Shown: piece after piece, positions 11,461-25,916 of the stretch
Position numbering within the stretch: the first letter of the stretch is position 1
Layout of the letters: every line of letters begins with the position of its first letter
Assembly: GCA_902533965.1 (NCBI GenBank)
Contig: CACANZ010000001.1
Coordinates: 37,160-101,159 of the forward strand
Origin: an uncultured Pelagibacteraceae bacterium
Lineage (GTDB): Bacteria; Pseudomonadota; Alphaproteobacteria; Pelagibacterales; AG-422-B15
DNA length: 64,000 nucleotides
Reading direction: 5' to 3'
The notes under the pieces: generated by a model
Databases searched by the model: none
The model's input: only the letters and a program-made list of their open reading frames with translations
Told to the model about the DNA's origin: nothing
Position numbers and translations under genes: made by a program

Positions 11461-12388
11461 TTTCAAACTTTCTTTGCAGTTCGCTCCATTCTCTTTTAGA
11501 CAGACCTTCCTCTTCAAAAGATACTTTCTCGCCTTTTAGTAGTTTTCTCATCAGATTGACCTCTTTGGCGGAGAGTTCTGTTCCACCAATTCTATAATCT
11601 TCAAATGCTTCGTAAGTAAGAGGAACCCATTTTTTTACAATATCTAACATGGCATCCGCATAAACACGTATTTCATACTGCGCATGGTCATCAGCTCTTA
11701 GAGCAAGAAAGTGCAATAAATTATTCAGGTCAATCTTCCAGTACCATTGTGTATAGGTATTGAGGGTAAGATTCATTCGGGCTAATTCTCTTGCAATTCC
11801 AGATTTACTTTCATCAATTATGCTGCCCTCAGAACTTTCGTTTAATAACGTTTCATAATTAGAATATGTCTGCTCCGCATCCTTTTTTAGTATTTGTATA
11901 ACATTAGAGGCTTCATCATCTGTTAACGCATCACCTCTACCCTGATTATTGATTGCTGACTGTGCTGCCAGGTTTTCTGCTGATGGAATATAGAACTCTT
12001 TATCAAGAATTGAGTAGCGAGCCGAGTACTCATTAACGTTTGCCGTCCTGTGTCGTATCCATTGTCGAGCAATGAAAATTGGAAGTTTAATATGAAATTT
12101 AATTTCACACATTTCAAAGGGGGTTGAGTGACGGTGCCTCATCAAATATTTAATAAGCCCTTTGTCATTTGAAATCTTCTTTGTGCCTTTACCATATGAT
12201 ACTCTTGCCGACTGCACTATTGAACTGTCATCCCCCATATAATCAATGACACGAATAAAGCCATGATCGAGCACTTCTATTGGCTTATACAAAACTGCTT
12301 CTAATTCAGGGGCTGTAACACGAGCTGTTTCTGATATTTCAGACCTTAAGGCTTCAATTTCTTCAAGTTGTTCTTTGTTTACCGGCAT
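11453..12388 (-). CDS. thyX: Flavin-dependent thymidylate synthase
   Basis: 311 aa with the ThyX signature [14 protein letters not shown]. Convergent with apbC, overlapping by 8 nt. Confidence 0.93.
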   Translation of the reverse strand: MPVNKEQLEEIEALRSEISETARVTAPELEAVLYKPIEVLDHGFIRVIDYMGDDSSIVQSARVSYGKGTKKISNDKGLIKYLMRHRHSTPFEMCEIKFHIKLPIFIARQWIRHRTANVNEYSARYSILDKEFYIPSAENLAAQSAINNQGRGDALTDDEASNVIQILKKDAEQTYSNYETLLNESSEGSIIDESKSGIARELARMNLTLNTYTQWYWKIDLNNLLHFLALRADDHAQYEIRVYADAMLDIVKKWVPLTYEAFEDYRIGGTELSAKEVNLMRKLLKGEKVSFEEEGLSKREWSELQRKFEIS

Positions 12389-12469
12389 TTTTTTGAATCA
12401 AATAATAAACACATACTATATTAAGATTACTCTCTTTAAAAAGTCTCAATATCCAACTATATTCAAATT

Positions 12470-12740
12470 GCTGGGGATATCCCAGCTATAGGGATAAACG
12501 GCTTGCGTAATACCCATTACGGACCCGGGGGCGGTACCCGGCACCTCCACCATAAATTAGGGGGTGATATAGGATCGACGAATGCTTAAAGGTAAGTTTT
12601 TCTCTCGGTATTGTACCACCGTTATCGGGCTATTTTATAAATGCTAACGATGAATTAGCGCTCGCTGCTTAATCTAATTAGGTAAGCGCGGTTCGGGGGA
12701 CACCGGGCAACAGAAGTCTCCCACTTTTGTCACTCGGCCT
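12470..12740 (+). ncRNA. ssrA: tmRNA (ssrA), circularly permuted two-piece alphaproteobacterial type; ends approximate
   Basis: The acceptor piece ends with T arm CCGGG-GGCGGUA-CCCGG, then CACCUCC-A-CCA (CCA at 12550-12552). After an 8-nt spacer the coding piece starts GGGGGUGAUAUAGGAUCGACG (12560-). GGGGGUG pairs with CACCUCC and includes a G3:U wobble. The tag reading frame GCT AAC GAT GAA TTA GCG CTC GCT GCT TAA (12643-12672) encodes ANDELALAA*. Confidence 0.9.
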
Positions 12741-12796
12741 TTAAAAAACTTAAATCGTTACCATATATACATGTAAGGTAGTATAATACAATTCAA

Positions 12797-14191
12797 ATGA
12801 ATCAAAAAACAAGACAAGAACAAGACAGTATCGGCAAAATAAAAGTTTCAAATAGTAATTTTTGGGGAGCTCAAACTCAAAGATCATTAAAGAATTTTAA
12901 AATTGGCAATAATTTAATGCCTATAGAGATTATACATGCACTAGTCACAATAAAAATGGCCTGCGCGAAAGTAAATCAAAAACAAAAGTCTTTAGCTCCT
13001 AAAATAGCAAATGCAATAATTAGTGCATCAAAAAATATTCTTACCGGGAAGCATGATGATCAATTCCCTCTTTCGGTTTGGCAGACTGGATCTGGAACTC
13101 AAACTAACATGAATGTAAATGAAGTCATCGCTAATCTTGCCAATAAAAAACTTACCGGAAAACTTGGAAAGAATAGTCCAGTTCACCCGAACGATCATGT
13201 CAACAAAAGTCAATCAACTAATGACAGTTATCCATCTGCAATTAATATCGCGGCCTCAAAAAAAGTTACAGATGAACTTATTCCGGCTTTAAATGAAATG
13301 GAAAAAACTTTAGGTAGCCAGTCTAAGAAATGGAAAAGTATCATCAAAATCGGTAGGACACACTTGCAAGACGCAACTCCCTTATCACTTGGACAAGAAT
13401 TTTCAGGTTATCAATCTCAGATTGATATGAACATTAAACGACTGAAGACAGCCCTGATTAACTTAAATTATTTAGCTCAAGGAGGGACGGCAGTTGGAAC
13501 TGGTCTGAATACAAAAAAAGGGTTCGATAGACTTGTTGCAAATGAAATAAGTAAAATTAATAAAATTAAATTTAAACCTGCAAGCAATAAATTCCAAGCT
13601 TTGGCCTCTCATGACTCTCTTGTAGAACTATCGGGAGTATTAAATGTTATTGCAACGGATCTTTTCAAAATAGCAAATGACATTAGGCTGTTAGCTTCTG
13701 GACCAAGATCAGGTCTAGGAGAACTGAATTTACCTGAGAATGAACCCGGGTCATCTATAATGCCTGGTAAGGTAAATCCAACTCAAAGTGAAGCTTTAAC
13801 AATGGCTTGTTTACAGGTTATGGGTAGTCATAACGTAATATCAATGGCAGGAACTCAAGGTCATTTTGAACTTAATGCATTTAAACCAGTAATTGGTTTT
13901 AACATAATTAATGCAATCAATTTATTATCCTCAGGGGTTACAAACTTTTGCGATAAGTGCCTAAAGGGAATTAAACCGAATTTAAGAAATATAAAAGAAG
14001 GTGTTGAGAATTCCTTAATGCTTGTAACCGCCCTTGCTCCTGAAATTGGATACGAAAAAGCTGCAGAACTCGCAAAGCTTGCACATAAGAAAAATATTAC
14101 GCTAATTGAGGCAAATAAAATCCTAAAATATATTGATGTAAGAAAGATGAAGTCTCTTCTCAATCCATCAAAAATGATTTCTTCTTCATAG
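12797..14191 (+). CDS. fumC: Class II fumarate hydratase
   Basis: 464 aa with the signature GSSIMPGKVNPTQSEA and the lyase_1 family layout. Confidence 0.95.
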   Translation: MNQKTRQEQDSIGKIKVSNSNFWGAQTQRSLKNFKIGNNLMPIEIIHALVTIKMACAKVNQKQKSLAPKIANAIISASKNILTGKHDDQFPLSVWQTGSGTQTNMNVNEVIANLANKKLTGKLGKNSPVHPNDHVNKSQSTNDSYPSAINIAASKKVTDELIPALNEMEKTLGSQSKKWKSIIKIGRTHLQDATPLSLGQEFSGYQSQIDMNIKRLKTALINLNYLAQGGTAVGTGLNTKKGFDRLVANEISKINKIKFKPASNKFQALASHDSLVELSGVLNVIATDLFKIANDIRLLASGPRSGLGELNLPENEPGSSIMPGKVNPTQSEALTMACLQVMGSHNVISMAGTQGHFELNAFKPVIGFNIINAINLLSSGVTNFCDKCLKGIKPNLRNIKEGVENSLMLVTALAPEIGYEKAAELAKLAHKKNITLIEANKILKYIDVRKMKSLLNPSKMISSS

Positions 14192-14198
14192 TTCGTTC

Positions 14199-14414
14199 AT
14201 GCCAAATTCCAATAAGCGCACTGTCAAGATAGATGGCCACATTACAAGTGTATTTCTTGAAACTGAATTTTGGGAAGAAATATTAAAACTAAGCAAAAAA
14301 GAAAATACTACTCCAGATAAAATAATCTCAAAAATAGATAAGACGAAAAACACTTCCAATTTATCAAGCGCAATTAGACTATATGTTCTGAATCACTTAA
14401 AGGGTCAGTTATGA
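14199..14414 (+). CDS. Small ribbon-helix-helix domain protein (RHH_4-like)
   Basis: 71 aa. The pattern V.I.GH.TSV.LE..FW..L......E......I..ID......NLSSAIRLYVL matches my memory of the alphaproteobacterial RHH_4 family. ATGA overlap with the downstream helicase. Confidence 0.6.
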   Translation: MPNSNKRTVKIDGHITSVFLETEFWEEILKLSKKENTTPDKIISKIDKTKNTSNLSSAIRLYVLNHLKGQL

Positions 14415-16629
14415 CTGAAGTAAATTACCTAGAAAGTCTTAACCCACTACAATATGAGTCTGTTTGTAGTACCGAGGGTCCAAATCTAATTATTGCAGGA
14501 GCTGGAACTGGAAAAACTAAAGTACTTACTACGCGAGTTGCTCATATCATAGATAATAACTTAGCGTTCCCCTCTCAAATTCTTTGCGTAACCTTTACTA
14601 ACAAGGCTGCAAGAGAAATGTCCGAACGTGTTCAAAAACTGGTAAGTCAAAATATGGAAAAGATGCCTTGGATGGGAACCTTTCATTCAATTGGAGCAAA
14701 AATAATTAGAAACCACGCAGAGGTAATTGGTCTGAAACAAAGTTTTACGATACTTGATAAGGATGATCAACTTTCCCTTATTAAGCAAATCATAAAGGCT
14801 GAAAACTTAGATCAATCTCAGTTTTCACCTAAATTAATTCAATCTAAAATTGATCATTGGAAAAACAAAGCTCTTAATCCAAATGACATAAAATCTGAGT
14901 CACTAGATAATTTAGTCGATGAAAAGAGTCTCTCAATTTACAAAATTTACCAAGCAAGATTGTTTGAAATTAATTGTTTAGATTTTGGTGACCTGCTTTT
15001 ACAATGTATCAATCTTTTTAAAGTCCCTGATATTCACAAACGTTATAGCAGTAATTTTAAATATATTCATGTGGATGAATACCAAGACACCAATGCTGCA
15101 CAATATAAATGGCTTAAACTTCTTGGTTCTCAGCATCAAAATGTTTGTTGTGTTGGAGACGATGATCAATCAATTTATAGTTGGCGTGGCGCTGAAGTTG
15201 ATAATATGCTTCGATTTGAAAAAGAATTTGAAAATGCAAAGGTAATACGACTTAAACAAAATTATCGATCAACAAACAATATACTTAAGTCTGCATCTTC
15301 ATTAATTAGTTATAACGAATATAGACTTGGCAAGGAGCTTGTTTCGGCCCAAGGTGATGGAGAGCCCATACATTTACATTTAGTTAATTCAAGTAGAGAC
15401 GAAGCCGATTTAGTTGCTCAGGATATTATGAAGTATAGTGACGATAACCCTGACCTGAACAATATCTCAATATTAGTGAGGGCAGTATTTCAATCGCGTG
15501 AAATAGAGGAGTCTTTGATTAAATACTCAATTCCTTATCGTATTGTAGGTGGTATTCGGTTCTATGAGAGATCAGAAATAAAAGATGCTGTTTCATATCT
15601 TAGGCTGGTCTATGAAAGTCAAGACGATGTCGCATTTGAAAGAGCTTTAACAATCCCTAAAAGAGGTATAGGAGAAAAATCATTTAATCATATTTTATCT
15701 TACGCAAAACAAAAACGAATTTCATTGTATCAAGCATCAAAAGAAATGGTTGATACAGACGAATTTACCAAAAAAATATCTGAAAGCTTAAAAACATTCA
15801 TTTCTGTTATCGACAGAGGAAAATCATCCATCGATAATATGCAGTTTTATGACATTTTAAAAATGCTGCTCGATGAGTCTGGTTATATGAATATGCTTAA
15901 AAATGATAAAAATGTCTCTGGACAAACGAAAATAGAAAATATTAAGGAATTAATAATTGCGATGGAAGACTATAACAGCATAGAGGAGTTTTTAGAGCAT
16001 GTATCTTTAGTTACGGCCATAGATGAAAATAATGAAGACAATAAAGTAAGTATTATGACGCTTCATGCCGCTAAAGGCCTTGAATATGATTATGTTTTTT
16101 TGCCAGGTTGGGAAGAAGGTCTTTTTCCTCATCAAAAAACAATTGATGAAACTGGCAATAAAGGAATTGAAGAAGAACGAAGGCTTGCATATGTCGGTAT
16201 AACGCGAGCTAAAAAAATAATAAATATTTCGACATCAATGAGTCGTCGATTTCAAAATAATTGGATGCCTTCATTGCAATCTCGATTTATTGAGGAGCTA
16301 GATCAAGAATTAATAAAAACTATTAATCACGCGTCAAGCCATATGGACAGACTCCAAAATCAAGAATTTGATGAATTTAATCAAGATTTTGAATTTAAAC
16401 CAAGAAAATTAGATTTTAAAAATAATCCTTCTTCAGGTTATCGAACAGTAGTTGATATGGAAATAGAAAATGTTAGAGATATAAACGATGATATTTTACT
16501 TCAAATAGGGCAAACGGTTGAACACAAAAAATTTGGTATTGGTCGAATAAAAGATATTGACGGTACAAAGGCAGTTGTGGATTTTGATAAACATGGTACA
16601 AAAAAATTAATATCTGATTTTCTAAAACC

Positions 16630-16636
<7 letters not shown>
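14411..16636 (+). CDS. uvrD: ATP-dependent DNA helicase, UvrD/Rep/PcrA family
   Basis: 741 aa with Walker A AGAGTGKT, motif II DEYQDTN, and a C-terminal Tudor-like tail (FGIGRIKDIDGTKAVVDF). Confidence 0.88.
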
Positions 16637-20383
<3,747 letters not shown>

Positions 20384-21148
20384 TTAACTTAAATCTTTGA
20401 CTAACTCGTAACTTTTTGTGTACCAATCACTGTCAGGAAAATTAAAACCTAGAGTTGATGCATATCTTTTTGCTTCTTCAGTTAAACCAAGGGAGTAATA
20501 GATTTCAACAAGTCTATGTAATGCCTCCTCTGTATATACAGAGGTATCATAATCCTCTAAAATTTTATTATACCTGTTAATTGCTGATATCCATTGCTGT
20601 TTAAATTGATAATATCTGGCAATTTCAATTTCTTTTGCTGCCAGCCTATCATTTATAATATCAATTTTTAAGTAAGCATCTTCAACAAACTCAGAATCAG
20701 GATATTTGTTTATAACCTCATAAAAGGCCTTTTTAGATTTCACCGTCATACTCTGATCTCTTTCTACATCTTTTATCTGCTCAAAGTAATTTAAAGCTCG
20801 TAGATAGTAAGCGTATGAAATTTTATTACTGCCAGGGTAAAGTGCAATAAATCTTTCTAGAGCATCCAGGCTTTCATCATGAAATTGTGTTTTATAATAA
20901 CAGAACGCAGTCATTAATTGTGCCTGATTAGACCACTTAGAATAAGGATATTGTCTTTCAATATCTTCAAATAGTATTGCTGCATCTACAAAATCTCTTT
21001 TTTTAACTAATTCCATAGCATTTGAGTAGAGTATTTGAAGTTTTTCACCCTCTGTTTCAGGCGTAACTAACTTTGTATCTGAACAACCGCTAAGAATAAA
21101 AGTAGCTAAAGTTAGAAAAGTAAAGATTTTTATTAATTTCATAACCAT
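20384..21148 (-). CDS. bamD: Outer membrane protein assembly factor BamD (TPR-like lipoprotein)
   Basis: 254 aa with a signal peptide and lipobox LSGC, and YfiO/BamD-like TPR repeats. Confidence 0.8.
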   Translation of the reverse strand: MVMKLIKIFTFLTLATFILSGCSDTKLVTPETEGEKLQILYSNAMELVKKRDFVDAAILFEDIERQYPYSKWSNQAQLMTAFCYYKTQFHDESLDALERFIALYPGSNKISYAYYLRALNYFEQIKDVERDQSMTVKSKKAFYEVINKYPDSEFVEDAYLKIDIINDRLAAKEIEIARYYQFKQQWISAINRYNKILEDYDTSVYTEEALHRLVEIYYSLGLTEEAKRYASTLGFNFPDSDWYTKSYELVKDLS

Positions 21149-21191
21149 AATTTTAATGATTATTTAAGAAGATTAAAGATGAATTTCTAAA

Positions 21192-22118
21192 TTAAAATGA
21201 TGCAGCTACGGACTTCGTGTAATAGGTTTTTTGATAATTTTTATCATTTAAATTATCTTCGTTTATAAGGCGCCAGTTTGACTGATCAGACATTATTGAA
21301 TTCATAGTTTCATGAGTTAATCTGTGACCACCTTTATATATTTCAAACGCTCCTTTCACTGAATATCCTAAGAGATAAATATCACCAATGAAATCAAGTA
21401 TTTTATGTTTAACAAATTCATTTTCTTGACGCAATTTGTCATTATTCACAATTCCTTTTTTATCAAGGACAATTGCATTATCTAAAGAACCTCCTGCTAT
21501 AAGGCCTTTTTTTCTGAGAGAATCTACCTCTTCTTTAAAGCCAAAAGTTCTGCAATTAGAAATAAGATTTTTAAACTGGTTTGAATCTTTAAACTCATAA
21601 TTAAATCTTTGTTCCTTAATAAGATTGTGATTATAAGAAATTGTATAATCAATTTCTAAATTATCAGATGGGGAAACTTTCACAAAAGAATCATTCATAC
21701 TAAACACAATTGGTCTAGATATGCTTAGATATTTTTTTTCTACATTTAAACTTTTAAGACCAACTTCCTCAATGTTACGTACATATTCTAGGGAGCTACC
21801 ATCAAGAATTGGTAATTCATCACAATCTACTTCAACAATAGCGTTATCAATTCCCATGCCATGTAAAGCTGACATCAAATGTTCGATTGTTGAAACTGAT
21901 ATTCCGTATTTATTTGTAATCTTTGTACATAGATCTGAGAAGCTAACGTTATTAAACTTTGCTTCAATTAGTGATTCTTCATTAGAATTTTTAATATCAA
22001 TTCTTCTAAATACGATGCCAGTGTTAGCAGTCGCCGGGTTAACAAACAAGTTTGATTTTTCACCGCTGTGTAAAGTTACACCTTCAATATTGAATGACTT
22101 ATTAATGGTTTTTTGCAT
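21192..22118 (-). CDS. lpxC: UDP-3-O-acyl-N-acetylglucosamine deacetylase
   Basis: 308 aa with TIEHLMSAL and HKILDFIGD motifs. Sits directly after ftsA, where ftsZ-lpxC is the usual order. Confidence 0.92.
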   Translation of the reverse strand: MQKTINKSFNIEGVTLHSGEKSNLFVNPATANTGIVFRRIDIKNSNEESLIEAKFNNVSFSDLCTKITNKYGISVSTIEHLMSALHGMGIDNAIVEVDCDELPILDGSSLEYVRNIEEVGLKSLNVEKKYLSISRPIVFSMNDSFVKVSPSDNLEIDYTISYNHNLIKEQRFNYEFKDSNQFKNLISNCRTFGFKEEVDSLRKKGLIAGGSLDNAIVLDKKGIVNNDKLRQENEFVKHKILDFIGDIYLLGYSVKGAFEIYKGGHRLTHETMNSIMSDQSNWRLINEDNLNDKNYQKTYYTKSVAASF

Positions 22119-22182
22119 TCTGATGTTTATAAATTGTTTAAAACCACGGGAAAAAACAAAGATTATTTCTTTTTGTTACTAC

Positions 22183-23370
22183 TTAAAGGTTTCTAAAAAA
22201 ATTATAAACTACTGAAAATACTGATTTTTTTTCTGATTTAGACTCATCCTTATCTCCCTCCATGTTATGGTTAGCGGCATAATTTAAAAGACCAAATGCT
22301 GATGCAAGAGACGGATTATCTAAATAAGTTTTTGATCCGTTAATTTTTTTTGTCGATCCTAAACGAAAATTACTATCACTCATTTGATTTTTGATGAATT
22401 TTTGCATAGTTAACGACTTTGCTCCATATCCAGTAAGCACAATATTATTAGATACTAGAGAGCTGAATTTTGATTTATAAATTATATTTTTTATTAAATT
22501 TGATAATTCTTCTGCTCTTGATAAATATATTTCAAAATACTTTTCTAATTTTTTTTCATAAATTCTCTGACTATTCATTGTATCAATTTGCTTTCTTACT
22601 ATTTCGGCCTCTTCTAGTGAAATTGATTTGACTTGTGATATATCATTTGAAAAATTATAAGTTCCAACTTTAACTGTATCGTAGCCAATAAGTTGGTTGT
22701 CAAAGGTATAAGAAATAATTGTCTTGTTTTTCTGAATATCGATACTTACTGCTCCATTATCTGCTTCTTCATCTGATAACACTGCAAGACTGCTAGCATA
22801 GTGACTAGAAACTATCTGTTTGAGGCTTATGTCTTGATTATTTAATAAATCTAATATTTTACTTAGATAGTCTTTTGAAGTTGATATAACATGCCATTTT
22901 GTATGAAGAGTTTCAGCTTTCACACCAATTGGATCTGATAAGCTTTTTTTATTATCTACTTTGTAACTTATTGGGAAGGAATGAAGTGGTTCATCAGTTT
23001 CAGTATATAGTCTTTTAAATTTTGTATCTTCAAAAAAAGATTTGATATCATTTTCTGTTATGATCCTACCTGAAATTTTATTTTCAAATTCAATATAATC
23101 TGATTTCATGTTTTCTGATATACTGACATAAACATTACTAATCTTTATACCGGCATCTACTTCTGCTTTCGAAATAGCGGCATCAAGATGATTTTTAATT
23201 TCGTCTGTTTCCAATGAAAAGGGCTTTAAACAATTGACTTTCAGTTTAGAAGTACCTATTCCAATAAGTTGAAGAATTTTTCCTTTGTCTAATATTTGTA
23301 ATTCTTGAGCAATAAGGCAAATTACTTTGTCGGCTCTTATATCAATTGCACTAATTATTTTTTGATCCAT
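22183..23370 (-). CDS. ftsA: Cell division protein FtsA
   Basis: 395 aa, actin-like fold in dcw context after ftsQ, with a C-terminal amphipathic tail (SVFSVVYNFFRNL). Confidence 0.85.
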   Translation of the reverse strand: MDQKIISAIDIRADKVICLIAQELQILDKGKILQLIGIGTSKLKVNCLKPFSLETDEIKNHLDAAISKAEVDAGIKISNVYVSISENMKSDYIEFENKISGRIITENDIKSFFEDTKFKRLYTETDEPLHSFPISYKVDNKKSLSDPIGVKAETLHTKWHVISTSKDYLSKILDLLNNQDISLKQIVSSHYASSLAVLSDEEADNGAVSIDIQKNKTIISYTFDNQLIGYDTVKVGTYNFSNDISQVKSISLEEAEIVRKQIDTMNSQRIYEKKLEKYFEIYLSRAEELSNLIKNIIYKSKFSSLVSNNIVLTGYGAKSLTMQKFIKNQMSDSNFRLGSTKKINGSKTYLDNPSLASAFGLLNYAANHNMEGDKDESKSEKKSVFSVVYNFFRNL

Positions 23371-24104
23371 TAAATCTCATCAATACCATAATTTATTTTC
23401 CCATCTAAAACTTTGAGGGCTGCTCTTCCTTGAATTCTTAAATCTATTTCAATAATGTTACTTTCAATTACTTCTTGCTCCTCAAAAAGCTGTTTTAAAT
23501 TTATTAATGATTGTTGAATGTTTTCATCTGGTAATTTTACCAGTAATTTATTGTTTAATTTTAGATTCCACCTTCTTTTTTCAATAAATTCAACTTCTTT
23601 CAGAGTTTGAGTTAAATTTGGAAACGCAATACTTATGTCCCTAATTAATTGCTCGAGTAATTCTGGCGAGTTCTCGCCCCTTACAAATAAGAGGTCATCT
23701 TCATATTTGTTTAAGTTAATTTCAGTAATGATTGATCCATCAAGATCCATAAGAAAAGATTTTCCTTCTTTAAAGTATATTGCATATGGATCGTTCTCAA
23801 TTACATTTATTTTTAAAGTTGATGGTAAAACTTTTTTTATAGATGCCCTCTTTACCCATTCACTTGACTCTACAATTTCCTTGATGGAATTAAAATTTAA
23901 GCCAATAAGATTACCTTTGAATTCAGTCACATTATTTTCAATCTCAGATATATTTGATTTTTCAGAACCTTCTATAATGACATTTTTAATTTGAAATGAA
24001 TTATTTAGTAAACTTGGAAATTTTAAAAATACAAAAATTGCAATAAGAGAAATGAATATTAAAGAGAAGGAAACAATATTTATTATTTTAATTTTGCGTT
24101 GCAT
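23370..24104 (-). CDS. ftsQ: Cell division protein FtsQ (TM plus POTRA)
   Basis: 244 aa with an N-terminal TM helix and a POTRA-like region. Position is ddl-ftsQ-ftsA. Confidence 0.8.
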   Translation of the reverse strand: MQRKIKIINIVSFSLIFISLIAIFVFLKFPSLLNNSFQIKNVIIEGSEKSNISEIENNVTEFKGNLIGLNFNSIKEIVESSEWVKRASIKKVLPSTLKINVIENDPYAIYFKEGKSFLMDLDGSIITEINLNKYEDDLLFVRGENSPELLEQLIRDISIAFPNLTQTLKEVEFIEKRRWNLKLNNKLLVKLPDENIQQSLINLKQLFEEQEVIESNIIEIDLRIQGRAALKVLDGKINYGIDEI

Positions 24105-24996
24105 CTAATAGGATCCAATTAATAAGATTATCAAAGCTTATACCTTTATAATTTGCAATTTCAGGGACTAATGAAGTTGGTGTCATGCCGGGTTGAGTAT
24201 TAAGCTCTAATATATAAAATTGGTTTGTCACTTTATCTAATATAAATTCGGTTCGGCTGATTCCCTTACAACCCAATAATTTATGAGCATCTAAACCTAA
24301 ACCTTCAACTTTTTTAATTAGGTCGCTCTCTAATCTTGGTGGAATTATATGTTTTGTTTTCCCTGCATCAAAGTACTTTGATTCGTAATCATAGAATTCA
24401 TTTTTTGGATCAATTTCTATAGAACCAGTTTTATTTGTTCCTATAACAGCGACATTTATCTCAGGGCCCTCAATAAATTGCTGAATCAATAATTCATTTC
24501 GAAATTTATTCTCAGTCAGGTATTTATTTAATTCCCCATGGTTTCTAATAATGCTAACTCCAACACTAGATCCTTCATTTCTTGGCTTTAAGACATATGG
24601 AAAATCAAATATATTTTGATCTTTCACTTCCTCTATCTTCATCAATTTCGTTAAAGGATGATTGAACCCATTTTCAATAAATAGTTCAGCAGATTTGTAT
24701 TTATCCATTGCTAATTTGGATGACTCAATTCCAGAATGGGTGTAAGGCACTCCATATTTTTCAAGTATTTCTTGAACACTTCCATCTTCTCCCCATGTTC
24801 CGTGTAATCCATTGAATACTATGTCAGGTTTATGCAATTCAAGGTCAGCTAACAGATTCTCATTTGCATCAATTTCTACAATATTGTTGCCCATATTTTT
24901 AAGAGATTTGCTTATTTCTTTTGAGGTGATAATACTTATTTCTCTTTCTGCAGAAATGCCTCCATACAAAAGCATAATTTTTTTGTCTTTATTCAT
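24088..24996 (-). CDS. ddl: D-alanine--D-alanine ligase
   Basis: 302 aa, ATP-grasp, with LHGTWGEDGSVQ and NTQPGMT motifs. Confidence 0.93.
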   Translation of the reverse strand: MNKDKKIMLLYGGISAEREISIITSKEISKSLKNMGNNIVEIDANENLLADLELHKPDIVFNGLHGTWGEDGSVQEILEKYGVPYTHSGIESSKLAMDKYKSAELFIENGFNHPLTKLMKIEEVKDQNIFDFPYVLKPRNEGSSVGVSIIRNHGELNKYLTENKFRNELLIQQFIEGPEINVAVIGTNKTGSIEIDPKNEFYDYESKYFDAGKTKHIIPPRLESDLIKKVEGLGLDAHKLLGCKGISRTEFILDKVTNQFYILELNTQPGMTPTSLVPEIANYKGISFDNLINWILLDATQN

Positions 24997-25916
24997 CTTT
25001 CACCAAATATCTTTATTTCCCAGTTTAAGCTTATTCCCAATTTTTTCTTTACATCAGACCTAACATATTCTCCGAAGTCTTCGATAAGGTTTGCTGATTT
25101 AGTTTGATTATTAACTATGAAGTTTGAATGCTTAGAAGAGAAACATATTCCTTGAAGCTCAAAATTTTTAAGACCAGCTTCTTCAATAATTTCCCATGCT
25201 TTTTTATCAGTCTGATCTTTTGGATTTTTAAATGTACTTCCTGCTGTTTTAATTTGCTGAGGTTGAGCTTTTTTTCTTTGATCATCAACTTCTTTCATTT
25301 TTAAGGAAATTGCATTTTTGCTTACATTTTTTTTTTGCATATATACATCGCAGATAATCATATCTTGAGGTATATTACTTTCCCTATAAGAAAATAATTC
25401 CTTCGAATTAAGAATTTCTGAGACTTGCCCCCTATAATCAACACACTTTGCTTTAATAAAAACATCTTTTGTTTCAGAATTATAACAACCAGCGTTCATA
25501 CGAACTGCACCACCAAGTGTTCCCGGAATTCCAAAATAAAACTCCATTCCGCCTATTTCATTTTTCTGACAATAATTCGATAATACTCTATCGTAGGTTG
25601 CAGCTCCAACTTCAATACAATCATTATGTAATTTAATTTGACTAAATTCTTTTCCTAATTTTATTACAAGACCAAATATTCCACCATCTCTTACAATGAT
25701 ATTCGATCCAGCTCCAATCACCGTTACTGGTAATTTATCTCTGTTGATTTCTAATACTTTTGCTAATTCTTCAAAATTTGGGGGCATATAAAATATCTCA
25801 GCGTTGCCTGCTACCCCAAACCAGGTATATTTTGATAAATTATGATTTATTTGAATTTTTCCAATAACATTGTTTTTTTTACAATTTTCTAAAAATTCCC
25901 TTTGATTTTCATTCAT
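24993..25916 (-). CDS. murB: UDP-N-acetylenolpyruvoylglucosamine reductase
   Basis: 307 aa with an FAD-binding domain (GAGSNIIVRDGG) and a MurB C-terminal domain. Confidence 0.92.
   Translation of the reverse strand: MNENQREFLENCKKNNVIGKIQINHNLSKYTWFGVAGNAEIFYMPPNFEELAKVLEINRDKLPVTVIGAGSNIIVRDGGIFGLVIKLGKEFSQIKLHNDCIEVGAATYDRVLSNYCQKNEIGGMEFYFGIPGTLGGAVRMNAGCYNSETKDVFIKAKCVDYRGQVSEILNSKELFSYRESNIPQDMIICDVYMQKKNVSKNAISLKMKEVDDQRKKAQPQQIKTAGSTFKNPKDQTDKKAWEIIEEAGLKNFELQGICFSSKHSNFIVNNQTKSANLIEDFGEYVRSDVKKKLGISLNWEIKIFGER

Noticed and set aside
21721-22215. 164-aa plus-strand ORF antisense to lpxC and the ftsA 3' end. Similar long antisense ORFs occur at 7399-7827, 49579-50025, 23635-23994, 29116-29463, 3552-3881, 33332-33658 and 1587-1781.
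   Set aside because: All of them are fully embedded antisense in well-supported conserved genes. Their products are low-complexity and hydrophobic or Ser/Ile-rich with no recognisable motifs. This is the expected shadow-ORF behaviour in AT-rich, codon-biased genes.
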